The translations under genes and the position numbers were made by a program. A DNA stretch of 64,000 nt from Narcine bancroftii. Taxonomy: Eukaryota. Each line of letters opens with the position of its first letter. Position 1 is the first letter of the stretch. The notes under the pieces are model-generated. The model was not told the origin of the DNA. It worked only from the letters and a program-made list of their open reading frames with translations, and searched no databases. Location: contig NC_091480.1 of assembly GCF_036971445.1 (NCBI RefSeq), forward strand, positions 34,100,001 through 34,164,000, given 5' to 3'. This document shows positions 26,560 through 39,700 of this stretch, in pieces.

Positions 26560-26900
26560 ATGAACTATCTGAAGCATGTAGTGACCAGGGCATTGTTTGT
26601 CTCAGGTCTGTAGTTTCCTGGACATGATAGATCATTGGGCATGAGTGGGGTCATAACATTAATAAAATATGCATGCAAGAGTAAAAAATGTCTGTAATTT
26701 TTTTTACATTTTTTGTGGCTCAGCATCTGAAGTTTATCGTATGTAGCTCTTATGTTAAGCAAATTTGGCCACTCCTGCCCTCGATGCTCAAAATCACGAT
26801 CTACCTCATTAGCTATCCTGTCAAGTCCATTGTTATATTGGGTATTCTGCATCGTGATCATGTGGTGCTATTGGACGAGTTAAGCATTTACTCTCTTGGC
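26560..26900 (-). mobile_element. Possible ancient hAT transposase C-terminal remnant
   Basis: LDRIANEVDRDF and frameshifted SRKLQT/LRQTM resemble the hAT ...LD.I..E.D.RF and RRLKTYLRSTM dimerisation motifs. Confidence 0.35.
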
Positions 26901-27017
26901 ATGTCATCCCTCAGTCATATTGTAACCTGACCAAGCTGTGCCACAAGCATGTAGTGTTTTGATAATACAGTGCCATTTAGCCATGTAATACCACTGAGAA
27001 TTTAGTGTGGTGACAGT

Positions 27018-28440
27018 GAATCAGAATCAGGATTTATTGTCATGAACAAGTCATGAAATTCGGTGTTTTGTGGGAGTGTCATAGGGCAAACATATGCATT
27101 GTAAGCATCTTACGATATTATTATAAAAAATAAAATAATAATAACAATATCAGTGGACATAAAGTCAGGCCGTATCTTTGGTTCAATGATTGTTCAGGAA
27201 TCTGACGGCAGCGGGGAAGAAGCTGTCCTTGTGCCACTAAGTGCTTGTCTTCAAGCTCCTGTATCTTTTTCCCGATGGTAGGAGAGTGAGGAGGGCATGG
27301 TCTGGGTGCTGGGGGTCTTTGAGGATAGAGGCTTCTTTTTTTAAAACACTGCCTCAAGTAGATGCCTCGATAGAGTGAAGTCTGGGGCCTGTGATGTCGC
27401 AGGCCGAGTTAACAACCCTCTGGACTTTATTCTTGTCCTGAGAGTTGGCGCCTCCATACCAAGCATTGATGCAACCAGGCAGAATGCTCTACAAGGTACA
27501 CCTGTAGAAGTTTATGTGAGTGTTCGATGATGTATTGAATCTCCTCAGGCACCTCACAAAGTATAGTCACAGGTGAGCCTTCTCTGTGATTGCATCAATG
27601 TGGAGGCTCCAGGATAGATCCTCGAAGATTTTGACACCTAGGAATTTGAAGTTCTTGACCCTCTCCACCATTGAGCCCTTGATGAGGATTAGGTTGTATT
27701 TCCCTGACTTCCCCCTGAAATCCACAATCATCTTTTTGGTTTTGCTGATGTCAATGCACCATTCAACAAGCTGATCTATCTCCCTCCTGTTCGCTTTCTC
27801 ATTGCTGTTTGTGATTCTGCCGACAACCGTGGTGTCTTTGGCAAACTCGTAGATGGCATTGGAATTGTGCCTGGCCACACAGTCATGGATGTATAACAAG
27901 TGGAGCAGTGAGCTAAGCTCGCATCCTTGGGGTCTGCTTGTATTGATGATCAATGAGGAGGAGACATTGTTTCTAATTCACATTGACTGTGGTCTTCTGA
28001 TGAGAAAGTCAAGGATCCAGTTGCAGAGGGAGGTACAGAGGCTTAGAGTTTGTAGCTTCTTGACTAGCACTGAGGAAATAATGATATTGAAGGCCAACAT
28101 GCAGTCGATGAAGAGTATGACTTGCTGTTTTCAGGGTGATCCAGAGCCGAGTGAATATTGCATCTGCTGTGGAGAATTGCATTGGGTCCAGATCTTTACT
28201 TAGGTACTTGTTAATTTTGGCCATGGCCAGCCTCTCGAGAAATTTCATCACAGTAGAAATTAGTGCTACTGAGCGGTTGTTGTTGAGGCAGCCCATGCTA
28301 CTCTTCTTGATACCGTTTTGAAGCAGGTGGGAACCTCTGAATGCCACAATGAGAGGTTGAAAATGTCTGTGAACACTGGTTAGTTGGTTGGTGCAGATTT
28401 TCAGTATCCTGCTTGACGTGATGTTCTGACATCGCCCTCA
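27018..28440 (-). mobile_element. Rex1/Babar-type LINE RT fragment
   Basis: RSVALISTVMKFLERL, DLDPMQF, PQGCELSSLL..YIHDC..FAKDTTVVG; (gaatca)n tail; same family as 9840-10732. Confidence 0.88.
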
Positions 28441-30044
28441 GAGATAGAAGTAAGTACGTCAGGCAGTGCCCTTTGGCATTGTAGTTTCCTTATGTGGCAG
28501 TGCCTTTGAACATGCAGTACTTGGTCATATAGTATCTTGGCCAAGTCGCTTCTGAGGTATGTGACATCTTGGGCAATCTATCTGCTAGATTGCTTAGCCC
28601 ATTTGTTCTGCAACCTATGGCCTTATTCATGATGGTAGAACAAATCCAGGGAACTGATATTGAGAATGGATTTACATAATCTAGTTTTGAAGTCTTTTGG
28701 AAATAGGGTTTTATGAATGATCTGATTGATCTGTTTAAGAAGAAAAACAATTTGAGAGTCACTTGGATGAATCTGGTGAGAGTGCCCAAAAGGAATGCCA
28801 CTGGTTTAGATACTGGATTTGATAACATAATGTAGATATATGCTCCCCACGTACTGTATATTGTAAAACCAATTGCTGAATGCAAATTTGTACTGGATAA
28901 ATAACATTATTTAGAGTTTTGCTTCAGATCCTTTGAGTGAATGAAGTAGGAAGCACGAAGTAGTGGCAAAGAATGCATGCATAGAAACCGCGTCTTGTCT
29001 TCTTTCTTCCAGCTTCCCACACCTTTCCCTCTCCATTCAGAGAGCAACTGCCTCTCCCTATCACTTCTTTGCGTTTTTTCTCTTCTGCCCTCCTGGCTGT
29101 TGGCCCTTGCCCATGGCCCTTGTTCCCTCCTTCCCCCACCTTTTTATTCAGGTGCCCATCTGGTTTTTGCTCACACACCTTGACGAAAGACTTAGGCCTA
29201 AAACGTTACCCTTTACTTCCTATAGATGCTGCGTGATCTGCTGAGTCTCTCCAGCAGTTTTGTGCATTGTCCTACCATCACAGCATCTGCGGACTTACCT
29301 GTTTAACCACAGTTATGGGGCTTGCTTCACTGATCGATGGTGCTTGATGAAGAGGGTCCTTCAATATCATTATTTCCTCAGTGCTAGTCAATTATGGGAA
29401 TAGGCTGCAGGAAAGTAACTTTGAAATACTGTGTTCCCACTCCAGCACCCATGTCTGTGGCCTGTCTGACTGTGACACTGATCTCATTCCTTACCACCAT
29501 CACATTTGGACTTTAGCACTTATCACTGTCCTCTGCACACCAGTCCTTCACTAGAACTGGTTCCTAAAGCTATCCCTTCCTCCCACCAGTTGATTCCAAC
29601 ATCACTAATATATCCTGCCATTTTCCCTTTGGTACCTTTACTTTACTACACTAGGACCCAGGACCCTCAACCCTTAAGTGTGATCTACCTTGCGGCAGGC
29701 AGCCATTCTCAATATGCAATGGCCCACCGTGCATCACTGGTTTAACTTGCATTTCCCAGGACAGGAGAATGTCTTAGCATGAACTTTAAAATGAAATGTT
29801 GGCCAGGAATGTGTAAATCTCAATAAAACTACTGATGCTGGGGTGAATTGACAATTTCAAACTGAGATGAATAGACTTTTTGATTAAGGAATTGAAATCA
29901 AGGTGAATCAAAATACATGCAGACTACAACCTAATTGAATAGCTGAACAGTATTATGGCTGGACAACTTACGCCTGTGTTCTGCTGCGTTCATCTTTCAT
30001 ATTGGAAAGATTCAAATAAACTACATTTAATTTAAGTTAAAAGA

Positions 30045-32100
30045 CAATGCTGGAGAACCTCAGCAGGTCAAACAGTGTATTTTATATAGGAAAAAATAAA
30101 GATACATAACCAACGTTAACTTTCTGGCTGAAACCCTTCATCAAGGTCTGAGCAAAATGTAGACAGCTGCCTGACTAAAATGGAGGGGGGAAGGGGCACA
30201 GGGAGGAGCACAGGGCTACAGGGAAGAGGTAATAGGTGGATAAGGGTTGGAGGGCACAACATTAAAAGAGGGAAGAGGAGATAACTATGAATGGAGAGGG
30301 GAGGGGGTGGAGGAAAGGAGACAGAGGGATAGGGGACAACAGGGAGTGATCTGGAAGAAAGTGGAGATCGATGTTAATGCTATCCAGTTGGATGGCACCC
30401 AGATGGGATATTAGATGTTGCTCCAACAATTTATGGGTGGTCCTGGATTGGCACTGCATAAGGCCATGGACAGACATGTCGGCACATGAGGGAGGTGCAG
30501 AATTGAAATAGTGGCCACTAGATGATCTCTGACACTGATGCGGACAGGGCAAAGGTGCTCAGTTAAGTGATATCCTAGTCTGCATCCAGTCTCTCTGATG
30601 TAGAGAAGACCACTGCGGGAGGACTGGATGCTGTAGATGACTCCCGCAAAGTCACAAGTGAAGTGTTGTTTCACTTGGAAGGACTTTTTAGGGTCCCGAA
30701 TTGTATTGTATTTTTGTATTTTTGTTGCAAATGTGGCCACAGGGGAAGGTGCCAAAGAGGCGATTAGTTGGAAGGGATGAGTGGATGATGGAGTCACAGA
30801 GGGAGTGGTCCCTACAGAAGGTGGAGAGGGGAAGATAATTCTGGTTGTGGGATCAAGTTGTACATGATGGAAATTGCAGAGGAGGATATGTTGGATGTGG
30901 AGGCTGGTGGGGAGATAGATGAAGACAGGGGAAATCCTGTTTTTGTTGCATCTAGAGGCAGAGGGAGCCAGGGCAGATGTCTTGGAATCGAGGAGATGCA
31001 GGTAAAGGCAGAGTTAATGGTGATACAGGGATGCCACATATTTTGAAGTATGAGAACATCTCGGATGATCTGGACTGGAAGACCTAATCTTGGGAGCAGA
31101 TGTGATAGATACAGAGGAAATGAGAGCAAGGAATAGAATCCTTATAGGGGACTGGGTGTGAAGAAGTGTAGTCAAGGTAGTTGTGGGAATTTGTATTTTT
31201 GTAGGAAATGTCTGAAGAAAGTTTGTCTCCTGAGATAGAAACAGAGAAATCAAGAAAAGGGAGATGGACCAAGTGAATTTGAGGTTGGGGTGAAAGTTAG
31301 AAGCAAAGTGAATAAAATTGATAAGCTCATCATGGATGCATGAGGCAACACCAATGTAGTCATCAAGGAGCAAAAGAAGAGTTGAGGGACGCTGCCTGTG
31401 CAGGCTTGCAGCATGGATTGCTCCACAAAGCCAACAAAAAGCCAGCTTTGCTGGGATGCATGGCTACTCCCTTGACTTGGAGAAAGTGTAATGTGTCGAA
31501 AGAGAAGTTATTGAGGGTTAGAACAGGCGGAGAATGGTGGTAGTGTAGGGACTAGGGAGACTGTTAGTCTTTTCTTAGGAAAGAAAGAAAGGGGTTTGAG
31601 ACCCTTCTGTATGGGGGATGTAGGTGTCGAGGGATGGAGTTTTTTTCTGTGCTGTAGTATTAAGGATAGCACGTTCAGAATGAAAATGAGCCGGTCCAGT
31701 TCAGGGAAATGGAAGTTATTGAAGAGACGTATCGCTGATGTTGGTAGGGAGGAACTGGACCACCGGTGATGAGGTGGCGGGGGGAATGGAGATGATGTAA
31801 CATGATACTAGTTTGATGGGGCAGGAGTATGAGGAAACAATGAGTCTACCTGGATAATTGGGTTTGTGTATCTTTGGAAACAATGAGACTGGAGGTCATG
31901 GGAGGGAGATGACCAGAAGTGATGAGGTTAAAGATGGTGGCTTGATGTTCTTTGGTGGGCTCCTGTCAGAGAACTGTCATCTGGGCTCAGGAAGGTAGAG
32001 GTCAGTGAGCCAGACTAAACCCTTGTCTGCAGGTTTGACAGTGAGGTTGGAATTGTTGCAGAGAGAGTGGAGGGTGGAGCATTCAGAGGAGGTGAGATAT
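30045..32100 (-). mobile_element. Penelope-like retroelement (RT + GIY-YIG), decayed
   Basis: DDYIGVAS..L.NFIHFASNFHPNLKFTW, LPFLD.SV..YK.TNSHNYLDYTSSHP and the GIY-YIG segment GVIYSIQ..LYI.ETG.RL..LTEHL. Confidence 0.88.
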
Positions 32101-33109
32101 GTTTTAGTGTTTTTTTTTCCTTTTAAACTTGGCAATATATCCCATGTAAAATAATGGAGACAAAATTAAATAGGCACAGCTTTGAGTTTCTTCTACTGTT
32201 TTAATGTTGAAGTTATTGCATAAATATAGTCGGTGATCTCTGAAGTATGTGCTCTCTACAAGGAGGTTCCTCCATTCATATGATAATTTGTGGTAAACTC
32301 GGTTAAAGAGCGACTGTCTGTCTTAATCTTTATGTGACTGAAGTACTTTAGAGAGATAGGAGGCTGAAATTTCCTTCTGGAATGAAGAACCCCCTGTTAC
32401 TTTGCCATATTGTAATAAGTAGTGATAAATATTTTTAAATTACATTATGTAAGAAAGCACCCAATAAAAAATTCAATCACACGATTCCTTTAATAAATTA
32501 CTTTAATTTCCGCAACACTGGCAAGATGCTGGAAATGTGGGCAGATGTTTCCACTGAATTTGTAACTTCAATTGTTTTCTCTTTGGTTTTGTTTTTAATA
32601 CATTCCTGTGAACCCCTGTTTGACAGCTGAAGTCTTAAATATTTCCTTGAAAAATATAATTAATTTTAAATCTAACGGATCCGCAGTTTAAATAGTTCGG
32701 AGTAATAGCCCTCTGTAAGAAGTTTAGGGGAAGTACATTTGAATGAATATTCAAACATTATCATTTAGTTTGGGTCACATTAGGCTGTCATGCCACTCAA
32801 GTGAGCTGTCAGTATATTTCTATTGGCTAAAAGCAGTTTTTGAGAAGATGAGCCTGTAGAGAATGTCATTTTATCATTTTAAACTCCCCTTAATTTTATA
32901 ACCTTTTTGCTCTCCACTCAGTTTAATATTTCTTCACAATAAATGTGATTTTCTTCAGCACATTTTCATGCTACTCCCAAACCTCAAATCACGAATATAG
33001 GCTTTTGACAATAACACAGCAAATTTTTTGGAGAAAAACACAATGCTGGAGAAACTCAGTTGGTCAAACAGTGTCCTTTATATAGCAAAGGTAAAAACAC
33101 ACAACCGGC

Positions 33110-34285
33110 CTCTTTATTGGGTACCTCTCTTCCATTTAGTTTTTCCAATATCAATAAGGATATATCTAATCGAATACTCAAACATATATTGAGAATTTGC
33201 TTCCAATTTAGGATTAAAAAAAAACTTTTTTGATCTAGTGGTATCTCTCATAATTATTTTTTTCGCCATCAATAATTGATCAATCTTTCTCTATATGGAA
33301 AATCAAATATATTATTTCTTTTGCAAATTTATTTAAGGAAGGTAGTTTAATGTGTTTTGAACAGCTGGCAGTAAATACGACTTACCAAATATTCATTTTT
33401 TTAGATATTTACAGAAATTTCCTATTACCAGACTTTCCATTTGTATATCTACCAGATCTAGTTGACCATATTTTTCAATTGAATCCTTCTCAGAAAGGAT
33501 TTATTGGAATTATATATGATAGATTATTGAAATTGCATCCAGTTCTTCATAATAAGATTAAAAAGGCTTGGGATTTGGAACTTTCAAGACCCTAATCGGA
33601 GGATCTATGGGACAAGATTCTTGAACATCTTCAATATGTGCCTGACATTCATTAATCCAGTTCAAAGTGGTGCATTGTGTTCACATATCCAAAGATAAGA
33701 TGGCTTGTATCTTATCTAATATTAACCCTACTTGTGACAGATGTAAATCTGATATTGTTACATTGACATATATGTTTTGGTCTTGTCCATTCTTAGAAAT
33801 CTATTGGAAAGAAATTTTTAATATTTTTTCAACTGCATTTTAAGTGGAACTACGACCCAATCTAATAATTGCTCCTTTTTGGGTTATTGAGCCAGGCATA
33901 GAGAGTTTTTCTGTACCTGTGCAACGGGTTGTGGCTTTCTCTGTATTGTTGGCTAGAAGAACCATCTTATTCAAATGGAAAGATTCCAGACCTCCAATAC
34001 TATTTCAATGGCTCTCTCACATTATGATCTGTTTAAGTCCAGAAAAAAAATTAGATATCATGTATTTGATTTATCGGTAAAATTTGAAGATACATGTCGA
34101 CATTTTATGTCTTATTTTCATTTGATGTAAATGTTTTTAATGTGATTAGATGTACTCACCCTTACAGATGAGATTTAGTCTTACCTTTGTTTTTTGAAAG
34201 GCTGCAAAATATATGTAACCCTCAGGATAAGCTGCTCAGATGTGTTTTTTTTTGGTTAGTTTTCTTTTTTAATAGAGTAGGTTAG
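33110..34285 (+). mobile_element. L1-clade LINE 3' fragment nested in a Penelope-derived short element
   Basis: KIKKAW.LEL, CDRC..MFWSCP, LLARRTILFKWKD; flanked by two halves of the gctggagaaactcag element. Confidence 0.75.
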
Positions 34286-34589
34286 GTGGGGGAAAAATAC
34301 ATAACTGACATTTTGGGCTTCAGTTCTTCATCAAGGTATGGAAAAATGTCAGCAGGTGTCCAAACAAAAGAGTGGGGGGGTCAGATGTGGTCACAAAGGC
34401 AGGAGCTGATAGGTGAAGAAGGGAGGGAGGGGTCAGCAGCGATGAAGGGGAGGAGGGCTGGCTGGGTGAAGGGAGGGGGAAGGGATGGAGGAGAACTGGA
34501 AAGGGGAAGTTCCTTGGAGTTCAATTAAGTAGTGACTTACTGTGGAAGCACATCTTCTCTCTTGTCAGCAAGGCAAAACAGCCAGTGAG

Positions 34590-36785
34590 CACACTTAGAA
34601 GACACATCTGCCATGGTTTTCAATGTTATACCGAACCTCCACAAACTCCAAAGTCGTGATGCTGACGTGCTTTCTTCATGATGATATTTCTGTGTTGGGT
34701 CCGGGAAAGGCCCTCTAAGATAGGGACACGCCGGAATTTAAATTTGCTCATCCTCTTCACCTGATCCTCCAATGACTGTACACCTCTGGTTTTCACCTCC
34801 TAAAGTCCACCATCAGCTCCTTGATTTTGGTGACATTGAGTGTTAGTACACCATTCAGGCAAGTTTTTAATATCTCAGCTGTATGCTGGCGCATCACCCC
34901 CTTTTATACAGCGCACTACTGGGGTATCATCTGCAGATGTGTAGGTGCTCTTATTGTCATCTCAAGCCACAGACATAGGTGTAAGGCGAGTAGAGCAGGG
35001 AACTAAGAACACAGTCCAGCAGAGCGCCAGTACTGATGGAAATTGTGGAGAAGATGTTCTTACCAAATACTCACAGACTGTGGTCTGGAGATGAGGAAAT
35101 CCAGGATCCATTTACATCGTGGGGTTTTGAGTCCCAAATCTTGGAGTTTGACAATCAGTTTTGAGAGGATGATGGTGTTGAATGCCAAACTGTCATCAAT
35201 GAAGAGCATCCTGATGTATGTATCTTTGCTGTCCAATGCTCTAGGGCAGGGGTGTCAAACTCAAATTCACGGAGGGCCAAAATTAAAAACTTGGACTAAG
35301 TCGAGGGCCGAACTAAATATTTATTGAAAATTTTCAACAACATCTGCATGTTTTCTCTTCTTTCAACATAAGTAATGTTAAACTTTAGGATATAACTTTA
35401 GGAGGATAATGTTACAGGTCAGGAGTAGGTAGCTCAAGTTCACCCTTTGCTTGGCCTGAGGGAAACCTATTTGGTTCCTGTGGAAATGTAGTCAGCATTC
35501 ACAGGCTGTGTCCATTTTGGCCTGCATCAGGACTCAGCATTTCCTGCTCACTCCTCAGACTCTAGGCCTCTATTCACCCTTGACCCACCATCCCTCTACC
35601 TGACCAATCCTTTACCCAACCTCTACTCACCCCTCACTCCACTCGCTCTGCCTCTACCCACCCCATCCTATACACGCCCCTCTACTGCCTCTCCCCTCAA
35701 CCTGTTCCTCCCTCTACCCATCTCTCACCCTCTAATCACCCCTCCCCTACTCGCCCTGCCCCTCCCCTTTTACCTCTTCCCTATCCACCCCTCCTTCTAC
35801 TCATCCCTCCCTCTAACTGCCCCTCGCACCACCATAACTTCCCCTGCCCATTACTCCTCACCTACACCCTCTGCTCACTCCTGCTTACCCACCCACTCAG
35901 ACCCAGCGCACTGCCGATCAGCCTTTGCGGACAGCCACCATCTCTCTCTTCACGTGCAGGGCCGAACCAGCCGTCCCTGGGGTCCGCGCGGGTGCAAGCG
36001 CTGAAGGCCGTGGTGACCGGGAGATGTGCGCTTGCGCTGTGGAAGGGCCGTCCGGTGCCAGACGCGTGGGGCTCGCGCTGCCCGGGGGCCGTGCGCAGCC
36101 TGCCATGCCCGTCGCGCCGACAGGAAATCACAGGTGCTCGCCCACCGCCGCACCGCTTGACAGGTGGGAGAAGTGACTGGTTGTGCGGGGAGCCTTCCAA
36201 CCGGCTTGCCGGCTGATGACATCGACAGACTTCTCGTGTGACAATTTCTCGTGTTACAATGGGGAAGGATGTGCAATGAAGGGGGAGGATGGTGGGGGTG
36301 ACATTACCAAAAAACAGCATCGGCTCTCGCTGCAGGGCGGGCCACCTCTAATACATTTTTGAAATGATCTTGTGGGCCAAATATAATTATATCGTGGGCC
36401 AAATTTGGCCCGCGGGCCAGAGTTTGACATGTGTGGCCTAGGGCTTTGTGTAGAGCCAGTGAGATGACATTTGCTGTAGTCCTGTTGCTGCAATAGGCAA
36501 TTTGGAATGGATCCATGTCGCTGCTCATAGAGGAACTGATGTGTTTCAACACCAGCACCTCAAAAAACTTCATTCCTGTGGATGTGAGTGTCATTTTAGG
36601 AGATTACCACACTCTTCTTGGATCGCAGTATGATGCACGCTTGTTTGAAACAGGTGAGTATCACGCCCCGCTGGAGTCAGATTTTGAAGATATGTGTGAG
36701 AACATTGGCAAGTTGGTCACCACAGGTTTTCACTACTTGGCCTGACTGGATGCTTTCTTTGGATTCACTCTCCTGAAGGCAGGCT
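34590..36785 (-). mobile_element. Rex1/Babar-type LINE RT fragment interrupted by hAT copy 2
   Basis: LTSTGMKFFE.LVLKHI..MDPFQ.AY..NRTT..ISLALHKALG at 36440-36594, continuing below 35246. Confidence 0.8.
35247..36435. mobile_element. Non-autonomous hAT element, copy 2
   Basis: Near-identical to 14105-15335 with the same termini; partial TSD CTCTAGGG/GCCTAGGG. Confidence 0.92.
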
Positions 36786-39700
36786 GCATGTCATCCTTGG
36801 ATACTTATATAGAGAATCATCAGTGGACATTTGGGTGTTCAATCGTAGGGTATGGCATGCCCTGGGTACCATTTGAGGAGCGGGGGGGATGGTGGGGGTG
36901 CCTCTGTCCTCGCCTCGTCTGCCCAATATCAAACACCTGAGCCCAACAAAGAATATCCATCTGACAAAATAAATTTGAGAAATGGGCAAAAGTCTGAAGT
37001 TCCTTAATGACACTGTCACATTTTGCTTTCTGATGAAAATCAAGTCGGTGTCTGTGTCAGACTAGTTGAACTGATTTGTAAATGGATGATTAAGAGACCC
37101 AGGCAGCTTGGAGACTCATCTCATTGTAAATCTAATTCTAGCCATGAATAGATCAACAAGCACTAGATAAAACAAAAAGCTGTGTGGCAGGGATCCTCTG
37201 TGATTATGCAGCTCTTTGCGTGCTTTATGAAGCACATTTATTTGTACATAATTGTAAATATAATTAGCATCACATTCATTTAATAAAATAAAATGTTTCT
37301 TAATTGGCAAGAGCACGACTGAATATGTGACTATTTTTAAAAGGCTATTAGATTAATGGCAGTACTCCCTATTTTGAATAGGATCTTACAATCTTCTGGG
37401 ACCTGTCCAGAGAATTTTGGCAAATTGTTACCAAACTGATTCCATCTGCATTGAATTCGTCCATCGTTATTGAATGAAGATCTACCAGGACCAATTCCTG
37501 AAGAGGACGCACAAAATCAGTGAACCGGTGCGGACTCGAAAGGCCAACATGGCCTGTTTCCGCTCCGTAAATGGTTATATGGTTATATAGTACCTTGTCC
37601 CGTCTGTCACCCCTCCCCCCATCCCATCTAATTCCCGACACCAATCACCCTAGGATCGAGCTATGTGTCATTATCTTTGGCACACTTTTCAATTTAAAAG
37701 GATGGAAAATTTGCTAAAAGTACAACTTTTTAAATAATATGCATATTATAATTTTGAGAATAAAAGAAACTGAAAACAATTAAAAAAAGCAAATTAAAAT
37801 CCAATTTCAAAGAAAAGGTGAAGCCAAGGGGCAGGCTTCAAATAATTTTTTTGCATTTGGCTTTTTAAAAATCTAGGCTCCTTGATAATGTTTACCCATT
37901 GAAAGAGTACAAGATCTTTTGGTGTCAAGGCTTGAGTCTTAATAAAGTTTCAGCTCGAAATGTTGAGAATTATTTTTCTTCCACTGATGCTTGACGTGCT
38001 GAGTTCATCCAGTAAATTTTATTTGGATATAGATTGCAGCATATGCAGTCTCCTGTGTGTCTTTAGTTCCCTTGCTGTTCACAAAAGTTACAATAAAACT
38101 CCACAAACCACTAATTGTTTGTCATATGGTTGAAAAGTGACTCTTACTGGACTCCCTCTAAACTCTTTGAGGGCCCCGTTCAAATGTATTCTTGACTAAT
38201 TGGGCTGTTACCCTTGGAACTAAACCATGGCACTCACTTGAAATTCACAGGGGTCCTGTTTCCACCACACTCCCTTGAAATTCATTGGGCCACTATTTCC
38301 AATTTTTGCTATAAACTCTCTTGTTTCACTGGAAAATGTATTATACCACTGTGTATCATCTTTAAAATGTGAATTAAAAGTGTGTTGGTGTGTGACTGAA
38401 AAGGATAATATACTATAATCTGAAGAATTATCATTTCAGCAAATCAGTAAAAGATCAAAATGCTGCCTGTGAGGTTAATTTATTGTGTTTATTTGATGAC
38501 CGAGCGTTGGTCTTCAGCAGAGCTCCCGACATCAGACTCCGAACCCTCCCCTTGGCCTACAGGCGGACACTAGAGCTCCTGACTCTGAATCCTCCCCTGT
38601 CCCCTGTAGGAACCAGGCTGAGGAGGGTGTGCGCTGAAGGATGAGTTTGAGCATGGGCTTTGACATCTTCCTGCTTCTGTCCCACCGGGAGCTTAGTGCC
38701 AAGAGTCATCTTTGCACCGAAGATAAGAGAGTGCGCTTGCGGGGGGGTGGTGACAGCCACTCAATACCTTTGATGTTGGCCCCTCTGCTCTGGCCCGGGA
38801 AACATAGCTCACTGCTTTCATTCAGCGACTTCTGGCCTTTGAAGTAGGCAGAAGTTTTTTTTAAATTAAAATAACTGTTGTGTTTTTTAAGGTGTAGATT
38901 ATTTTCCAATATCTCAATATGTCCAACACAACGTTGGATAGGACTATTTTAGGGTTCTACAGTGGCAAGTACAGGTAGGGAAGGCGAAGTGCATGGCGTG
39001 GCGATGGTGAGGGATGGCTGTGGGGTGAAGGGTCGAAGTAAGTATGTTTTAAGGGGGGGGTGTGGGCGCAATTTCAATGCTTGCCATAGGCGCTATTTTA
39101 CCTAGATACGCCACTGTGTGCAATGGTTGTTACTGGTGGTCAAATCGGATGTAAAAGGCATCGAGTTCATTTGGGAGTGATGTTTTGCTGTCTCCTACTG
39201 CATCAGATATGGCTTTGTAGCAGGTTATGTCAATTAGCCCTCTCCACAGCTGTTGAGTATCCTTTATTGCTTCCAATCTCATCCAGATTCTCCAGCAACT
39301 GGGACATGGGTTTTTTCACCATCCACCACACCTGCACCCTCCTGTCATTGCTGTGCCTTTGGTCACTGTAGCTTTAAGCTCTGGAATTCCTTTCCTAAAC
39401 TTCTCTTTCTTCCCTCCTTTAAGAATGTGTTGCAGTGATTTTGATGATGGAGAGAATATGTGGCCTGAAGCTCTGGTCCAGGTCACTTTGGAGGCTATAT
39501 TCTAGTTAAGATTGGAACATTGGCCAGGGGTGGAAAAATAATTGAAGTGTGGCAGAGACTTTACGAAAGATTCTTTATTAAATGTCAAATACTAGATGAC
39601 CTGAATTTAAGAAGCAAGTGGAAAGTTGAAAAGAGATATGTAGGGTAAGTTTTTTTTTACACATGGAGAGAGGGAGGAGCCTGGACAGGCTTTGGAGCAG

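Noticed and set aside
28490-28885. 131-aa ORF
   Set aside because: Non-ATG start, no motif and no splice support; consistent with a chance ORF.
38960-39117. Small DNA transposon with CAGTGGC ends
   Set aside because: The right end looks like a TIR, but the left match is only 7 bp and there is no TSD, so it is not supportable as a complete element.
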